Virus record (IMG/VR): IMGVR_UViG_3300010885_015247
Coordinates: 1-64,000 of that record
Strand: one strand, 5' to 3'
From: a virus
DNA length: 64,000 bases
The position numbers and the translations under genes are program-made. A model generated the notes under the pieces. The model worked only from the letters and a program-made list of their open reading frames with translations, had not been told where the DNA came from and did no database searches. Of the stretch, positions 15,301 to 28,325 are shown in pieces; positions within the stretch are counted from its first letter, which is position 1, and every line of letters starts with the position of its first letter.

Positions 15301-18139
15301 TAACACTGTTATAAATATTAACTTTGTCTCTGGAGATATCAATACTGCAACTAACAGAATTACAAAGACTGCCCATGGTTTTGCAACAGGAGATACAGTT
15401 GTATACTCTGCAAATGGTGGCGTATCACCAGCTCCACTTGTTGATCAATACTACTATTTCACTCGCAGAATTGATGCAAACACAATTACTCTTCACTCAT
15501 CTGCCGCAGATGCGATAGCTAATACAAATGCTGTGGCAATCACTACTGTTGGTACTGTCGGATCTATTCCTTACTTTAGCTTGACAGAGACTATCCCAGT
15601 GGGTCCAATCATTCGTCGTATCTCAGCTATTGGATCTGATACACAGATTTCTGTAGATCGTCCTTATGCTTCTGCATACAGCTCTGTTTCATACTCGTAC
15701 CCAACCTTCGTATATGTTCGTCCAGAAGGCTACTCTCTACACCGTCCATTTGATGGCGGTGTGGAAATGTCAGTCGGGTCTGGAACATCACTGGGTCAGA
15801 TTGTTCGTCAGACTCGTAAGTATTTCCGCTACCAGTCAGGTAAAGGTATCCAGACCTCTTGCGGTATTAACTTTAAACCATCAATTGATATTGAAAGTAT
15901 GATTAAGTTTAGTAATACCACTATTGAGTGTAAGACTCGTCGTCCTCACGGGTTGTTATCTGGGTTGATTATTAAAGTAGCAGAAGCAACAGATTCTTAT
16001 GGAAATGCAAGCACTGTCTACAATGGAAACTTCTCGGTGACAGTAGTAGACCTTACAACATTTAGAATTTCTGCAAATGGAGCTATTACAGAAGATAGAG
16101 CATATGGCTTCCCTCAGTTCTACGTTACTAACTGGACAAATGGAGCTGTTCGTTCTGGAATGTTCGATGATCAAAACGGCATGTTCTTTGAGTTTGACGG
16201 AGAAAAAATCTATGCAGTTCGTCGATCTTCAACTCAGCAGATAGCTGGAACAGTTTCTGCACTTCAAGGAAACGAAGTTGTATTTGGAACAAATACTAGC
16301 TTCCAAGCTCAGCTTGCAGTTGGCAACTATGTGGTTATGCGTGGTCAGTCATATAGAATTGTAGAAATTACAAGTCAGACTCGTATGTCTATTAGACCAG
16401 AGTATAAAGGCTCTTCTGGAACAGAAAAAGAGTTTAACCCTAATGCTGTTGTAAATACAACAACAGATGTGTTTGCAATTATTGGACACGGTTTTAGCGA
16501 CCTACTGCCAGTTACATATAACTCTATTGATGGAGAACCAATTGGCGGTCTAATTAACGGTCGTACTTACTATGTATCTCTTATCGATAACAACAGCTTT
16601 AAACTTAAAGCAGCTCCAGACTCTGGAAGTTTTGTAAATCTTTCTAGCTTTGGAACAACAAATATCCACTCATTTGTACCTGCTAAGTCAGGCATTATTG
16701 TTACAAAAACTGTTGATACTCGTATTCCTCAAGAAGATTGGTCACTTGACCCTTGCGATGGAACTGGTGCAACAGGATATAACCTAGACCTTAGCCGTAT
16801 TCAAATGGCTTACATTGACTACTCTTGGTACGGAGCTGGAAAGATTCGTTTCGGCTTTAAGACAACTAATGGTCAAGTACAGTATGTCCACGAGTTTGTT
16901 CACAATAACAACTTGTTTGAATCATACCTTCGCTCTGGTAACTTACCAGCTCGCTATGAAGTAGTTACATACAACAATCCTACATATATTCCATTCCTCT
17001 TCCACTGGGGAACTTCTGTAATGATGGATGGCCGCTTTGATGATGACAACGCCTACCTGTTTACAGGTTCAAGCCAGACTCTTAATATCCCAGGAACTAC
17101 AGCTAAGTCCTTTGCTTCAACTGGTATTAATTTAGCTACAGATCTGTTTACAGTTCAGAGTCACGGATTTACTACTGGAGAAATTCTACAGTTCCAATCA
17201 ATTGGATCTAATGCTCTTCCAGGAACAAATACGCTAAATCCAGCTACACAGGTAGTAGGTTCTAATACATTGGCATACCTAACTAACAACACTAAATATA
17301 AAGCTTTTGTTAACTCAGCTAACTTAATCCACTTAACTCCTCTCAGTTCGGTCATCACTGTTGGAGCTACAGTTGAGCGAACAACTACAACAATACAGGT
17401 GACAACAGCAGCTGCCCATGGGTTGACTACAGGAATGTATGTAGGAATCTATGGTATGACTGCTACAAATATTCCAAATGGTCCTTTTACAGTTACTAGA
17501 GTCAGCGATACAGTATTTACATATACCGCTACAGGGTCCTTTACAGTAGCTAGTATTGCTCAGCCAGGTGCTGCTATTGCTGAAGTTATTAATTTTACAA
17601 CTCAAGGAAATACTCAATACACATACTTCTTGTATCCAGATGGATCACTCAATAATACATCTGGACCTAACTATCAGCCTCTACTCTCAATCCGCCTGAG
17701 TCCATCGGTTTCTTCTGGTTTAACAGGTAAACTTGGTGATCGAGATGTTATTAACCGCATGCAGTTGCGTTTGAAAGAAATTGGTGTATCTACTACTCAG
17801 TTAGTAGACGTAAAGATTCTTTTGAATCCTCGTCTTAACAACCTCAGCTTTGCAGGTGTAGATTCTCCTTCACTTACACAAGTGGTTGAGCATACATCTG
17901 CAGATACTGTATCTGGTGGAGTTCAGGTTTATAACTTTAGAGCTTCAGGTGGATCATCTGGTGGTGAAAATACTACAGTAGTAGATGTTAGCTCTCTGTT
18001 CGAGCTTTCAAACTCAATCCTTGGTGGAGACTCAATCTTCCCAGACGGACCTGATATTCTTACTATTGCGGTATCTCGTTTGACAGGTAACCCAACACTC
18101 GCATCAGCTAAGCTGTCATGGTCTGAAGCACAGGCATAG
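12305..18139 (+). CDS. Giant beta-rich virion structural/fibre protein (1944 aa)
   Basis: Many HGF..G..V.Y...GL....YYV...D....KL repeats, one Gly-rich domain, C-terminal region with HRPFDGGV, RQTRKYFRYQSGKG and IDYSWYGAG; SD AAGGAG. Confidence 0.8.
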   Translation: MPINMTTVGSAGTHSFRRTNVNTVDDFIYFKNLGVSTAIPSTLVNGSSFIYAAGLGSLTGYTNGQLLYVTTTEPKKLRFSAVSGGSDINITDYASGSITFNTPIVYNNKVNIDASTSTNQAVKYFTNGTPLTGLVSGNTYFLKNVSVSDFAGQQSTYAFSSFTFTSCNQTGRTGPTDSQRTNLYTSAASWTQTYVKQGAYVGYQDWTVPVSGIYEFTVAGASGFEGSSGAAAAGRGAIVKGRVTLTKGEVITIAVGQRGENGISTALNLYGGSGGGTFVVRKATNDPLFVAGGGSSDANSRGGLDGVLTQLGGLSSSGVVAGGARGFGGSAIGGNSAAGGGFNSRGGNGRTVSPFNTGGGSFLDGLTAIAQAARNGGNGGFGGGGSADGNDGGQSAGGGGYSGGAGSRSVSAATAGGGGGSFINALATNVATSSGSFDGAGLFNGNAITNLASYNIGDGSVGVSLISSFTNGNEVYPTAADAEAGTNKIAVAPAGNSYHAFVPINFDSAADLIYSAAAHNLSSGEAVVPTFQTTAPAGLSNGSIYYIDKVDNFTYRLSSTPSPTFTTINLTLPSTRSTATSDIVSKVVVNPVTDTLTITAHGFLVDQPIQYNNGSGNPAGNNTGSIGGLTHLTTYYVQEVLNSNQIRLKTSLNSPTYINLTGPGTGTEHSFTFITVNILEDTLYIPNHGLVSGQAVRYSNGGGTTISGLANNTIYYIIKVDNSLVKLSPNANLSNPVNILAVGTGTQSLVIIALDYATETITVPNHGFLQKELVLYDAKGQTVVNGLTTATPYYVIFVDGDRIKLATTPENADAGTAVNITDTPAGVGYHSLQSLSKTPDGIYVIATTPTDKSFTVTAAGKVPLITKTFNPRATVDLTLSAFKLPSHGFLTGTKLTYDKGDSATVIVGLTDLTDYYVVAINRDYFRLATSASNSATGTTLTVTDFGTGVGHKFTTSQLNGNITGGGTVTTVSGSVLVNGIGTSFSKILKVGDRFRLFPPNTVININFVSGDINTATNRITKTAHGFATGDTVVYSANGGVSPAPLVDQYYYFTRRIDANTITLHSSAADAIANTNAVAITTVGTVGSIPYFSLTETIPVGPIIRRISAIGSDTQISVDRPYASAYSSVSYSYPTFVYVRPEGYSLHRPFDGGVEMSVGSGTSLGQIVRQTRKYFRYQSGKGIQTSCGINFKPSIDIESMIKFSNTTIECKTRRPHGLLSGLIIKVAEATDSYGNASTVYNGNFSVTVVDLTTFRISANGAITEDRAYGFPQFYVTNWTNGAVRSGMFDDQNGMFFEFDGEKIYAVRRSSTQQIAGTVSALQGNEVVFGTNTSFQAQLAVGNYVVMRGQSYRIVEITSQTRMSIRPEYKGSSGTEKEFNPNAVVNTTTDVFAIIGHGFSDLLPVTYNSIDGEPIGGLINGRTYYVSLIDNNSFKLKAAPDSGSFVNLSSFGTTNIHSFVPAKSGIIVTKTVDTRIPQEDWSLDPCDGTGATGYNLDLSRIQMAYIDYSWYGAGKIRFGFKTTNGQVQYVHEFVHNNNLFESYLRSGNLPARYEVVTYNNPTYIPFLFHWGTSVMMDGRFDDDNAYLFTGSSQTLNIPGTTAKSFASTGINLATDLFTVQSHGFTTGEILQFQSIGSNALPGTNTLNPATQVVGSNTLAYLTNNTKYKAFVNSANLIHLTPLSSVITVGATVERTTTTIQVTTAAAHGLTTGMYVGIYGMTATNIPNGPFTVTRVSDTVFTYTATGSFTVASIAQPGAAIAEVINFTTQGNTQYTYFLYPDGSLNNTSGPNYQPLLSIRLSPSVSSGLTGKLGDRDVINRMQLRLKEIGVSTTQLVDVKILLNPRLNNLSFAGVDSPSLTQVVEHTSADTVSGGVQVYNFRASGGSSGGENTTVVDVSSLFELSNSILGGDSIFPDGPDILTIAVSRLTGNPTLASAKLSWSEAQA

Positions 18140-18148
18140 GAGGGCAAG

Positions 18149-19834
<1,686 letters not shown>

Positions 19835-19878
19835 TCTAGGTATAACTCGTACCATAACTCGAAATAATAGGAGAAAAA

Positions 19879-20208
19879 ATGGCAACAGTATCAAAGCTAC
19901 TAGCAAGAACGGTATTAACGGTTACTAACTCAACTGTTATATACACCGTTCCCGCTTCAACAACAACAGTACTTACAAATATTATTATAAGTAACGTTAC
20001 TGCTACTTCGGCATCATTTAATTTAACGTTACCAGATGCAACTGGCACACAGGTAGCGTTTGCTACATCGGTAGCTGTTCCAGCAAACAGCATTGCCTCA
20101 TTTGATCTTAAGCAGGTACTTGGCGGATCTGGCACACAAACAGTGATCGGATGGGCATCTACTGGCTCAGCACTGACAGCACATTTAAGTGGAGTTGAGA
20201 TATCCTAA
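19879..20208 (+). CDS. Small beta-sandwich virion protein (stand-alone relative of the N-terminal module of 18149/22394)
   Basis: IYTVPASTTTVLTNIIISN...GVEIS pattern; SD AGGAG. Confidence 0.7.
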   Translation: MATVSKLLARTVLTVTNSTVIYTVPASTTTVLTNIIISNVTATSASFNLTLPDATGTQVAFATSVAVPANSIASFDLKQVLGGSGTQTVIGWASTGSALTAHLSGVEIS

Positions 20209-20209
20209 A

Positions 20210-20590
20210 ATGTCAAACAGCACATATCCAGTAGTCTCTTCAACTATTAAATCAGTTCAAAGAGGCTCCACTGCGTCTGCTGGAAATGTAACCATATCTG
20301 CAATAAATACATCTAAATCTTTTATAAGCTCATTTTCAACAGGTTCTGCTGGAAGTGTGCGGACAGACAGCATCACAACGGGAACATACACTCCATCTGG
20401 AGGAAATATCGGACAATACTCTCAATCTTTTAATCCAGGAAGCGGTTCCTACCCAAACTTGATTGGAACAAGAAGTTTTAGTGGAGGGTCTACTTCTCTA
20501 ACTTCAGCAGCATATGGAGCATATATAGTCGACTCTACAACAATAACTGTCTCGGGTGCTTGCCGCTGGGAAGTCGTGGAGTATTCATAA
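20210..20590 (+). CDS. Paralog 1 of four-gene variable-loop array
   Basis: IKSVQRG...KSF...TPSGG-var-GTRS...GACRWEVVEYS; start corrected to ATG 20210. Confidence 0.8.
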   Translation: MSNSTYPVVSSTIKSVQRGSTASAGNVTISAINTSKSFISSFSTGSAGSVRTDSITTGTYTPSGGNIGQYSQSFNPGSGSYPNLIGTRSFSGGSTSLTSAAYGAYIVDSTTITVSGACRWEVVEYS

Positions 20591-20967
20591 TGGGATCTAA
20601 AATGTACCCGTCAAGAGTGGAAACAATTAAATCTATCCTAAGAGGTACTGCTTCTTCAGCAGGTAATATTACAATTTCATCAGTTAATGCAAACAAATCA
20701 TTTGTTACATCATTTTCTATTGGATCAGCTGGAACGGTAGCTGGAACTGGTGATACATCTGGAACTTATACTCCAAGCGGTGGTTCGGTTGGAGCTCCTG
20801 GAGGAAACTTAAACACGTCTGGATCTTTTCCAACATACTCTGGAACAAGAAGCTTATCTGGTGGAACTACATCAATAGCAGCAGCAAAATATGGCGCATA
20901 TCTAACGAATGACACGACATTAACAGTGACTGGTGCCTGTAATTGGCAAGTTATAGAGTATTCATAA
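20590..20967 (+). CDS. Paralog 2 of four-gene variable-loop array
   Basis: Same scaffold; TAATG overlap with paralog 1. Confidence 0.8.
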   Translation: MGSKMYPSRVETIKSILRGTASSAGNITISSVNANKSFVTSFSIGSAGTVAGTGDTSGTYTPSGGSVGAPGGNLNTSGSFPTYSGTRSLSGGTTSIAAAKYGAYLTNDTTLTVTGACNWQVIEYS

Positions 20968-21353
20968 TGTCGATCTCTTTGTTTCCATTAAGTGTTTCTA
21001 CAATTAAATCTATTCAAAGAGGGTCTACTGCTAGTGCAGGAAATATATCAATATCCTCCGTGGATACTAATAAATCTTTTGTTAGATCCTTTTCAACTGG
21101 ATCTGCTGGTTCAGTCCAACTTGCAGGAGACGAGACTGGAACACTAAGCCCAAGTGGGGGAGGAATTGTTGGACCTGGCGGCGGAGGCGGAGCAGTAGCT
21201 GGTGGAGGATCATTTGCAAATTATTCTGGAACTAGATTCTTTAGTGGAGGAAGCACCTCTATTACAGTTCAAGAATACGGGGTATATATAACAAACTCTA
21301 CAACAATAACAGCTACAGGTGCTTGCCGCTGGGAAGTCGTGGAGTATTCATAA
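20967..21353 (+). CDS. Paralog 3 of four-gene variable-loop array
   Basis: Same scaffold; TAATG overlap. Confidence 0.8.
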   Translation: MSISLFPLSVSTIKSIQRGSTASAGNISISSVDTNKSFVRSFSTGSAGSVQLAGDETGTLSPSGGGIVGPGGGGGAVAGGGSFANYSGTRFFSGGSTSITVQEYGVYITNSTTITATGACRWEVVEYS

Positions 21354-21730
21354 TGTCAATACAAGTATATCCTGAAGTTGCTTCTGGAATTAAATCAGTT
21401 CAAAGAGGCTCAACTGCGTCTGCTGGAGCTATAACAGTTTCATCTGTAAATACTGCAAAATCTTTTGTTACTTCTTTTTCTACAGGTTCTGCTGGAACAG
21501 TAGCAACAAATAGCTCAGAGAGCGGCACGTTAACACCTTCTGGAGGATCGGTTGCAACGCAAGCTAATGGCGCAATGGGTGGAGGCATATTTCCCAATTT
21601 TATTGGAACAAGAAGTTTAAGTGGGGGGTCTACTTCTTTAACATCGGCAGAGTATGGAGTAACATTAACAAACTCAACAACATTGACAGCAACAGGTGCT
21701 TGTCGATGGCAATTAGTAGAATACAACTAA
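21353..21730 (+). CDS. Paralog 4 of four-gene variable-loop array
   Basis: Same scaffold; TAATG overlap. Confidence 0.8.
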   Translation: MSIQVYPEVASGIKSVQRGSTASAGAITVSSVNTAKSFVTSFSTGSAGTVATNSSESGTLTPSGGSVATQANGAMGGGIFPNFIGTRSLSGGSTSLTSAEYGVTLTNSTTLTATGACRWQLVEYN

Positions 21731-21741
21731 AAGGAGAAAAA

Positions 21742-22095
21742 ATGACTAACTGGGTACAGCTAAAAGACGGCGTGGCATTTGCATATGTAAATTCGCCAAA
21801 TTTTGTTGATAATTCTATTGCAGTAGAGGATTCTGTTGACCCGAACACGTTGATGGCAAAAAAGTATGTTGACGGCCAATGGGAGGAAGCTCAGCTAATC
21901 TATTTTGTAGAGGAGATGCTTGGTAACAAGGTTCTTAGAGTAAATTCAACAGTATTCTCATCAGATGTAAAAGGGGATATTATTGGATCAGAAGTAAAGC
22001 CAATGTGGACTAAAAATGAAAACGGAGAATATATTCCTCCAGCTTCAATTGCAGAAGCCACAATTTATGACGAGGGTTTATTTACACAGCCGTAG
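21742..22095 (+). CDS. Hypothetical protein (possible fibre assembly/chaperone)
   Basis: SD AAGGAG before ATG 21742 (MTNWVQLKDG); acidic; follows the fibre-tip array. Confidence 0.7.
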   Translation: MTNWVQLKDGVAFAYVNSPNFVDNSIAVEDSVDPNTLMAKKYVDGQWEEAQLIYFVEEMLGNKVLRVNSTVFSSDVKGDIIGSEVKPMWTKNENGEYIPPASIAEATIYDEGLFTQP

Positions 22096-22116
22096 GTCTT
22101 TAGTATAGAATGTCTA

Positions 22117-22125
22117 TGGTATAAT
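22117..22125 (+). promoter_or_regulatory. Extended -10 promoter TGnTATAAT
   Basis: TGGTATAAT in the intergenic gap, just upstream of SD AAGGAG of 22149. Confidence 0.55.
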
Positions 22126-22148
22126 AGGAAAAAAGGAGACGCAGTAAT

Positions 22149-22393
22149 ATGACGCTGGAGACTGTAGGTGACTTTGAATGGAAGGCAGAAGAGAGCGGAA
22201 ACGCCTCCCTGCTCAACCTAACTATTAAAAAAATTTCTGAGAACAAGACCGTGCTTATTTCTGATGTAGTGTGGGCAACTGGACGTGAAGATTTTCTTGA
22301 AGGCGTGTATAGTGCAGCTATTGAAACCCTCGAAGGGGCAGATAATTGCTGCTTGGGTGAAGGAAAAGTTACTTTAGTAGATGGTGGTCAATA

Positions 22394-22394
<1 letters not shown>
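22149..22394 (+). CDS. Hypothetical protein
   Basis: SD AAGGAG; TAATG coupling to 22394. Confidence 0.7.
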
Positions 22395-24183
<1,789 letters not shown>

Positions 24184-24184
<1 letters not shown>

Positions 24185-25743
24185 TGAGTGAACTGTATCC
24201 TTACACGGTAACTACAGAGGGTATAGAGGATACAGACTCACTGTGGGACGATCTATTAAGTAGTTCTTCAACTCTAGACACTATCCCAGATAGAGTTGTA
24301 GAGGTTGCAAACGAGAGAGCTGTAAACCCTAGAAATACTACATACCTACTTACAGAAGCAGAAGCTCAAAAACTAAAGGAAGACCCACGAGTTCAAGATG
24401 TAGCAAATATAGAAGTTCTTGTACCTACTAAATTTGCTTTTCAAGATGGAGCTTTCAATAAAACAACCGTATCCGCTGGAGAAAAACAAAACTGGGGCCT
24501 ACTTCGTCACACAGCTGCGACCAACGTGTTTGGAACAAGTACAGCAGATCCAGGTGGGACATATGATTATGTGCTAGACGGCACTGGTGTAGATGTAGTT
24601 ATTATTGATAGCGGTATTCAGGCAGATCATCCAGAGTTTCAAGATTCTTCTGGTGCAAGCAGGGTTCAACAAATAAATTGGTTTACTGCAAGTGGAGTTC
24701 CTGGAACTATGCCAACTGGTCACTACACTGATTATGACGGTCACGGGACCCACGTTGCTGCAACAGTGGCTGGTAAAACATTTGGCTGGGCTAAAAATGC
24801 AAATATATACTCAATTAAACTTAGTGGACTTCAGGGTACAACAGACCCTAATGGCGGAATAAGTGTATTTGATGCTTTTGACTGCATACTGGGCTGGCAT
24901 AACGCAAAAACAAATGGACGACCTACTATTATTAATAATAGCTGGGGATATAATATTTACTGGGATACTTCTTTAAATCAGATGAGTCAGAACCAAGTAA
25001 ATTATTTTTCAATAACTGGTGGTTCTTATAGAGGAACTCCTTGGTCTGGAACTACTAAAGATACGGCTAAAGGACACACTGGATCCCAGCGTTCAGCAAC
25101 CTTATTTGAGTTTGAATACAACATTCCTTCTATAGATGCAGATGTGAGTTTACTAATTGCAGCAGGAGTTATTGTATGTAATGCTGCTGGAAATAGTGGT
25201 ATGAAAGCTGATGTTTTTGGCGGAGTAGACTATAATAACTTTATAACAGTGACAAGCCTAGGAAATATCTACTACCACAGAGGATCATCTCCTAACTGCG
25301 GTACAGGGAATGGTTTCGATGTTGGTTCCATGGGAACTGCTTTTGTCTCAACGACTGAAGCAAGAAGTTCTTTTAGCGTTTGCGGCCCAAATGTGGATAT
25401 TTATGCCGCTGGACAAAACATTATGAGTGCTATGAGCAATACAAACGAACATGGAGCATCTACTAGTACTTATTATTTAAATGCTTCATATAAACAAGCA
25501 GTGATTAGCGGTACATCTATGGCATCTCCTCAGGTAGCTGGCATATGTGCCCTACTTAAGCAGGTATATCCAGATTGGACTGCAAGTCAGATAAAAAGGT
25601 GGATACTGGCTAATTCCCAATCCATCTTATACACTACTGGTCTAGTCAATGACTATACAAGTACCGTAAGTGTTCAAGGTGGGGATGTAAAAATAATCAA
25701 TATGCCTATGAAAGGGCAGAAAAAGTATATAATTTCAGGATAG
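24184..25743 (+). CDS. Subtilisin-like serine peptidase (family S8)
   Basis: Catalytic motifs VVIIDSG, DGHGTHVA and SGTSMASP; oxyanion NAAGN; N-terminal pro-region. Confidence 0.92.
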
Positions 25744-25769
25744 ATCCTTATATAACGAAAAGAGATAAA

Positions 25770-26354
25770 ATGACTGAAGACTATGTAAACTGGTTTAAAA
25801 ATGATGGACAGACAAATTTTGCTACATTTCTTTTAAAAAACTACGTTCCCGGTAAGCCAGCTAAGTATCTACAAGTCGGGGCATATACAGGGGATGCATC
25901 CCTTTGGATGTATGAGAACCTTCTTAAAAACTCAAACTCTCTTCTAATAGATATTGATACATGGGAAGGCTCAGATGAACCTGTTCATCGTCAAATGAAT
26001 TGGAAAACTGTGGAGTCCTTGTATGATGAAAAGGTTGCAGAAGGACTAAAAGATAAAAAGATTGTTAAGTTCAAAGGCACTAGCGACGAGTTTTTTAAAT
26101 CTAATACCGAAAAGTTTGACTTTATATATGTTGATGGTGACCATACCGCTTACGGTGTCCTCAAAGATGCGGTTGCCGCATACGAATGTCTAGAGGTTGG
26201 GGGTATTATTGGATTCGATGATTACGAGTGGTCTGCTGGTTTAGGGGTTCGAAAAGAGCCAAAGATGGCAATTGATGCGTTTAGCAACATTTATGGTGAT
26301 AGAGTAGTGGAGATATTAAAGGGTTATCAGCGCTGGTTTAAGAAAATAGGATAG
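25770..26354 (+). CDS. Class I SAM-dependent methyltransferase (Methyltransf_24-like)
   Basis: LQVGAYTGDAS, IDTWEGS, FDFIYVDGDH, GGIIGFDDY. Confidence 0.85.
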   Translation: MTEDYVNWFKNDGQTNFATFLLKNYVPGKPAKYLQVGAYTGDASLWMYENLLKNSNSLLIDIDTWEGSDEPVHRQMNWKTVESLYDEKVAEGLKDKKIVKFKGTSDEFFKSNTEKFDFIYVDGDHTAYGVLKDAVAAYECLEVGGIIGFDDYEWSAGLGVRKEPKMAIDAFSNIYGDRVVEILKGYQRWFKKIG

Positions 26355-26381
26355 ACTGTTTATAATAAATAAGGAGAAAAC

Positions 26382-26582
26382 ATGGAAGAAACCACAGAAG
26401 ACACTAAAATTCAAGCAATAGAAGTAAAAACACATTGCTATTCATACAAAGTAGAGATGGTTGTTTCAGTTCTTGCTAGTAATGCTGAAGAAGCATTTGG
26501 TATGCTAGAGAATCAAGGTGGTTATGTGAACAAAAGAGAAGTCACTTTGATTAGTGATAAAGAAATATATAGTCAGGAATAG
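26382..26582 (+). CDS. Hypothetical protein
   Basis: SD AAGGAG, 66 aa. Confidence 0.7.
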   Translation: MEETTEDTKIQAIEVKTHCYSYKVEMVVSVLASNAEEAFGMLENQGGYVNKREVTLISDKEIYSQE

Positions 26583-26589
26583 TTTTATT

Positions 26590-26826
26590 ATGTTTAGTGG
26601 AAAAAACGGAATGAGGGGAGCACGACCTTGGGACCTTATTACACCGACGATAGGAAGGGTTTCAGAGGTAGTAAGAAATGAGAGATACTCTATCTGTGAA
26701 AGCTGCCCTCTTCTTCATCCTATTATGAAAATTTGTTCGGCATGTAACTGCTTTATGGCTCAAAAAACTAAACTACCTAATGCTAGTTGTCCTAAAGGCA
26801 AATGGGGGGAGCATGAAAAGGAATAG
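26590..26826 (+). CDS. Small Cys-rich protein (DUF6171-like)
   Basis: RYSICESCP...CSACNCFM..KTKL..ASCPKGKW; start uncertain. Confidence 0.65.
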   Translation: MFSGKNGMRGARPWDLITPTIGRVSEVVRNERYSICESCPLLHPIMKICSACNCFMAQKTKLPNASCPKGKWGEHEKE

Positions 26827-26862
26827 TTTAGTAAGATTTACACACTACTACTAAGGAGAGAT

Positions 26863-27213
26863 GTGACAAAAAACTATAAAGACCCGAACTTCTTCACTAA
26901 CGCAGAGGTATTTGATGGAAATGTAAAGAAGCATTTTCAATGGATCACTGCCTTAAAAACAATGGGCACTAAAGAATATTGGAATATACCTAACACTGTT
27001 GAATTTCTTGCTTTTACAACAAAGGCTCTTATTATCATTCCAGGACTACTTTTTGGTATCTCCATCTGGTGGTTGTATATATTTGCTTTTATAACAAGTG
27101 TTCTTCTTATTTGGTCAGCCACTATTAAGACTTTGCCAACTATTATATGGTTTAATATTTTGTGGAGTATTCTTGCAGCAACTTTTCTTACAAAACATTT
27201 TTTAAATATTTAA
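26863..27213 (+). CDS. Small membrane protein
   Basis: Several hydrophobic stretches; GTG start with SD AAGGAG. Confidence 0.7.
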   Translation: MTKNYKDPNFFTNAEVFDGNVKKHFQWITALKTMGTKEYWNIPNTVEFLAFTTKALIIIPGLLFGISIWWLYIFAFITSVLLIWSATIKTLPTIIWFNILWSILAATFLTKHFLNI

Positions 27214-27242
27214 TACAAACTAGAGATAAAGAAGAGGCATAA

Positions 27243-28325
27243 ATGAAGGTAGCTATTTATACAATTGCACTCAATGAGCGTCAGTTTGTTGATAAGTGGT
27301 TTGAGGCATCTAAAGATGCTGACTACTTAATGATTGCAGATACTGGATCGACAGACGGCACTATAGAGCGTGCCAGAGAGCTCGGGATTGTAGTTCATAG
27401 TATTAAAAACATGCCTTGGAGATTTGATGATGCACGAAACGCTGCATTAGCACTCCTACCTGAAGATATTGACATGTGTATCTCTTTGGATATGGATGAA
27501 GTAATTACTCCAAATTGGAAGCCAGTTATAGAAGAACTATGGAGCCGAGGAGTTACACGACCACGATATAAACATATTTGGTCGTTTAATGATGATGGAA
27601 CTCCCGGTCTTGAGTTTAGCTACGATCACATCCATGCTCGTAAAGGCTATAGATGGCGTCACCCAGTTCACGAGTGTCTATATAGTTATGGAATTGAAGA
27701 AAAACAAGAGTGGACAGATGGACTTGCAACTCACCATCATCCTGATCCAAGTAAGTCTCGTTCTCAATATCTACCGCTTCTTGCTCTTTCAGTTAAAGAA
27801 GATCCATACAATGATCGCAATGCTTTTTACTACGGGCGAGAGCTGTATTTCTACGGGAAGAATGAAGAAGCAGCTAGAGAGCTTAAGCGTCATCTAGATC
27901 TACCAACAGCACATTGGGCGCCAGAGCGTGCCGCATCCATGCGTTTTATTGGTAAGTCACTCCCAGAAGAGGCAGAGATCTGGTTTAGAAAAGCAATTGC
28001 ACAAGCACCTGGTCGCAGAGAACCATGGGTAGACCTTGCAAAGCTTTACTACGAAAGAAATGACTGGACTAACTCTTTAGAGACAGCCAAAGAAGCGTTA
28101 GCTATTGTAGAAAAACCCCTCGAGTATCTCTGTGAAGCAGAAGCTTGGGGTGCTGCACCGTATGACTATGCAGCTATAGCTTGCTATAACCTAGGAATGT
28201 ATAAAGAAGCATCCGAGTATGCTCAACAAGCTTATGACTTAGAGCCAAGCAATGAAAGGTTGAAAAACAATTTAGATTTTTGTTTAATGAAATCTGATTT
28301 AGTAAAGAAAAAAGGAAAAAAGTGA
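27243..28325 (+). CDS. Glycosyltransferase family 2 with C-terminal TPR repeats
   Basis: IALNE, IADTGSTDGT, FDDARN, DxD motif (SLDMDE), PVHE; helical TPR-like C-terminus. Confidence 0.88.
   Translation: MKVAIYTIALNERQFVDKWFEASKDADYLMIADTGSTDGTIERARELGIVVHSIKNMPWRFDDARNAALALLPEDIDMCISLDMDEVITPNWKPVIEELWSRGVTRPRYKHIWSFNDDGTPGLEFSYDHIHARKGYRWRHPVHECLYSYGIEEKQEWTDGLATHHHPDPSKSRSQYLPLLALSVKEDPYNDRNAFYYGRELYFYGKNEEAARELKRHLDLPTAHWAPERAASMRFIGKSLPEEAEIWFRKAIAQAPGRREPWVDLAKLYYERNDWTNSLETAKEALAIVEKPLEYLCEAEAWGAAPYDYAAIACYNLGMYKEASEYAQQAYDLEPSNERLKNNLDFCLMKSDLVKKKGKK

Larger units (their letters stand above)
20555..21355 (+). repeat. 38-bp identical repeat at the 3' ends of paralogs 1 and 3 (20555-20592, 21318-21355)
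   Basis: GGTGCTTGCCGCTGGGAAGTCGTGGAGTATTCATAATG read twice; contains the stop, SD and next start. Confidence 0.9.

Noticed and set aside
20210-21730. Diversity-generating retroelement explanation for the paralog array
   Set aside because: No reverse transcriptase in the window, no non-coding template, and the differences are not adenine-specific.
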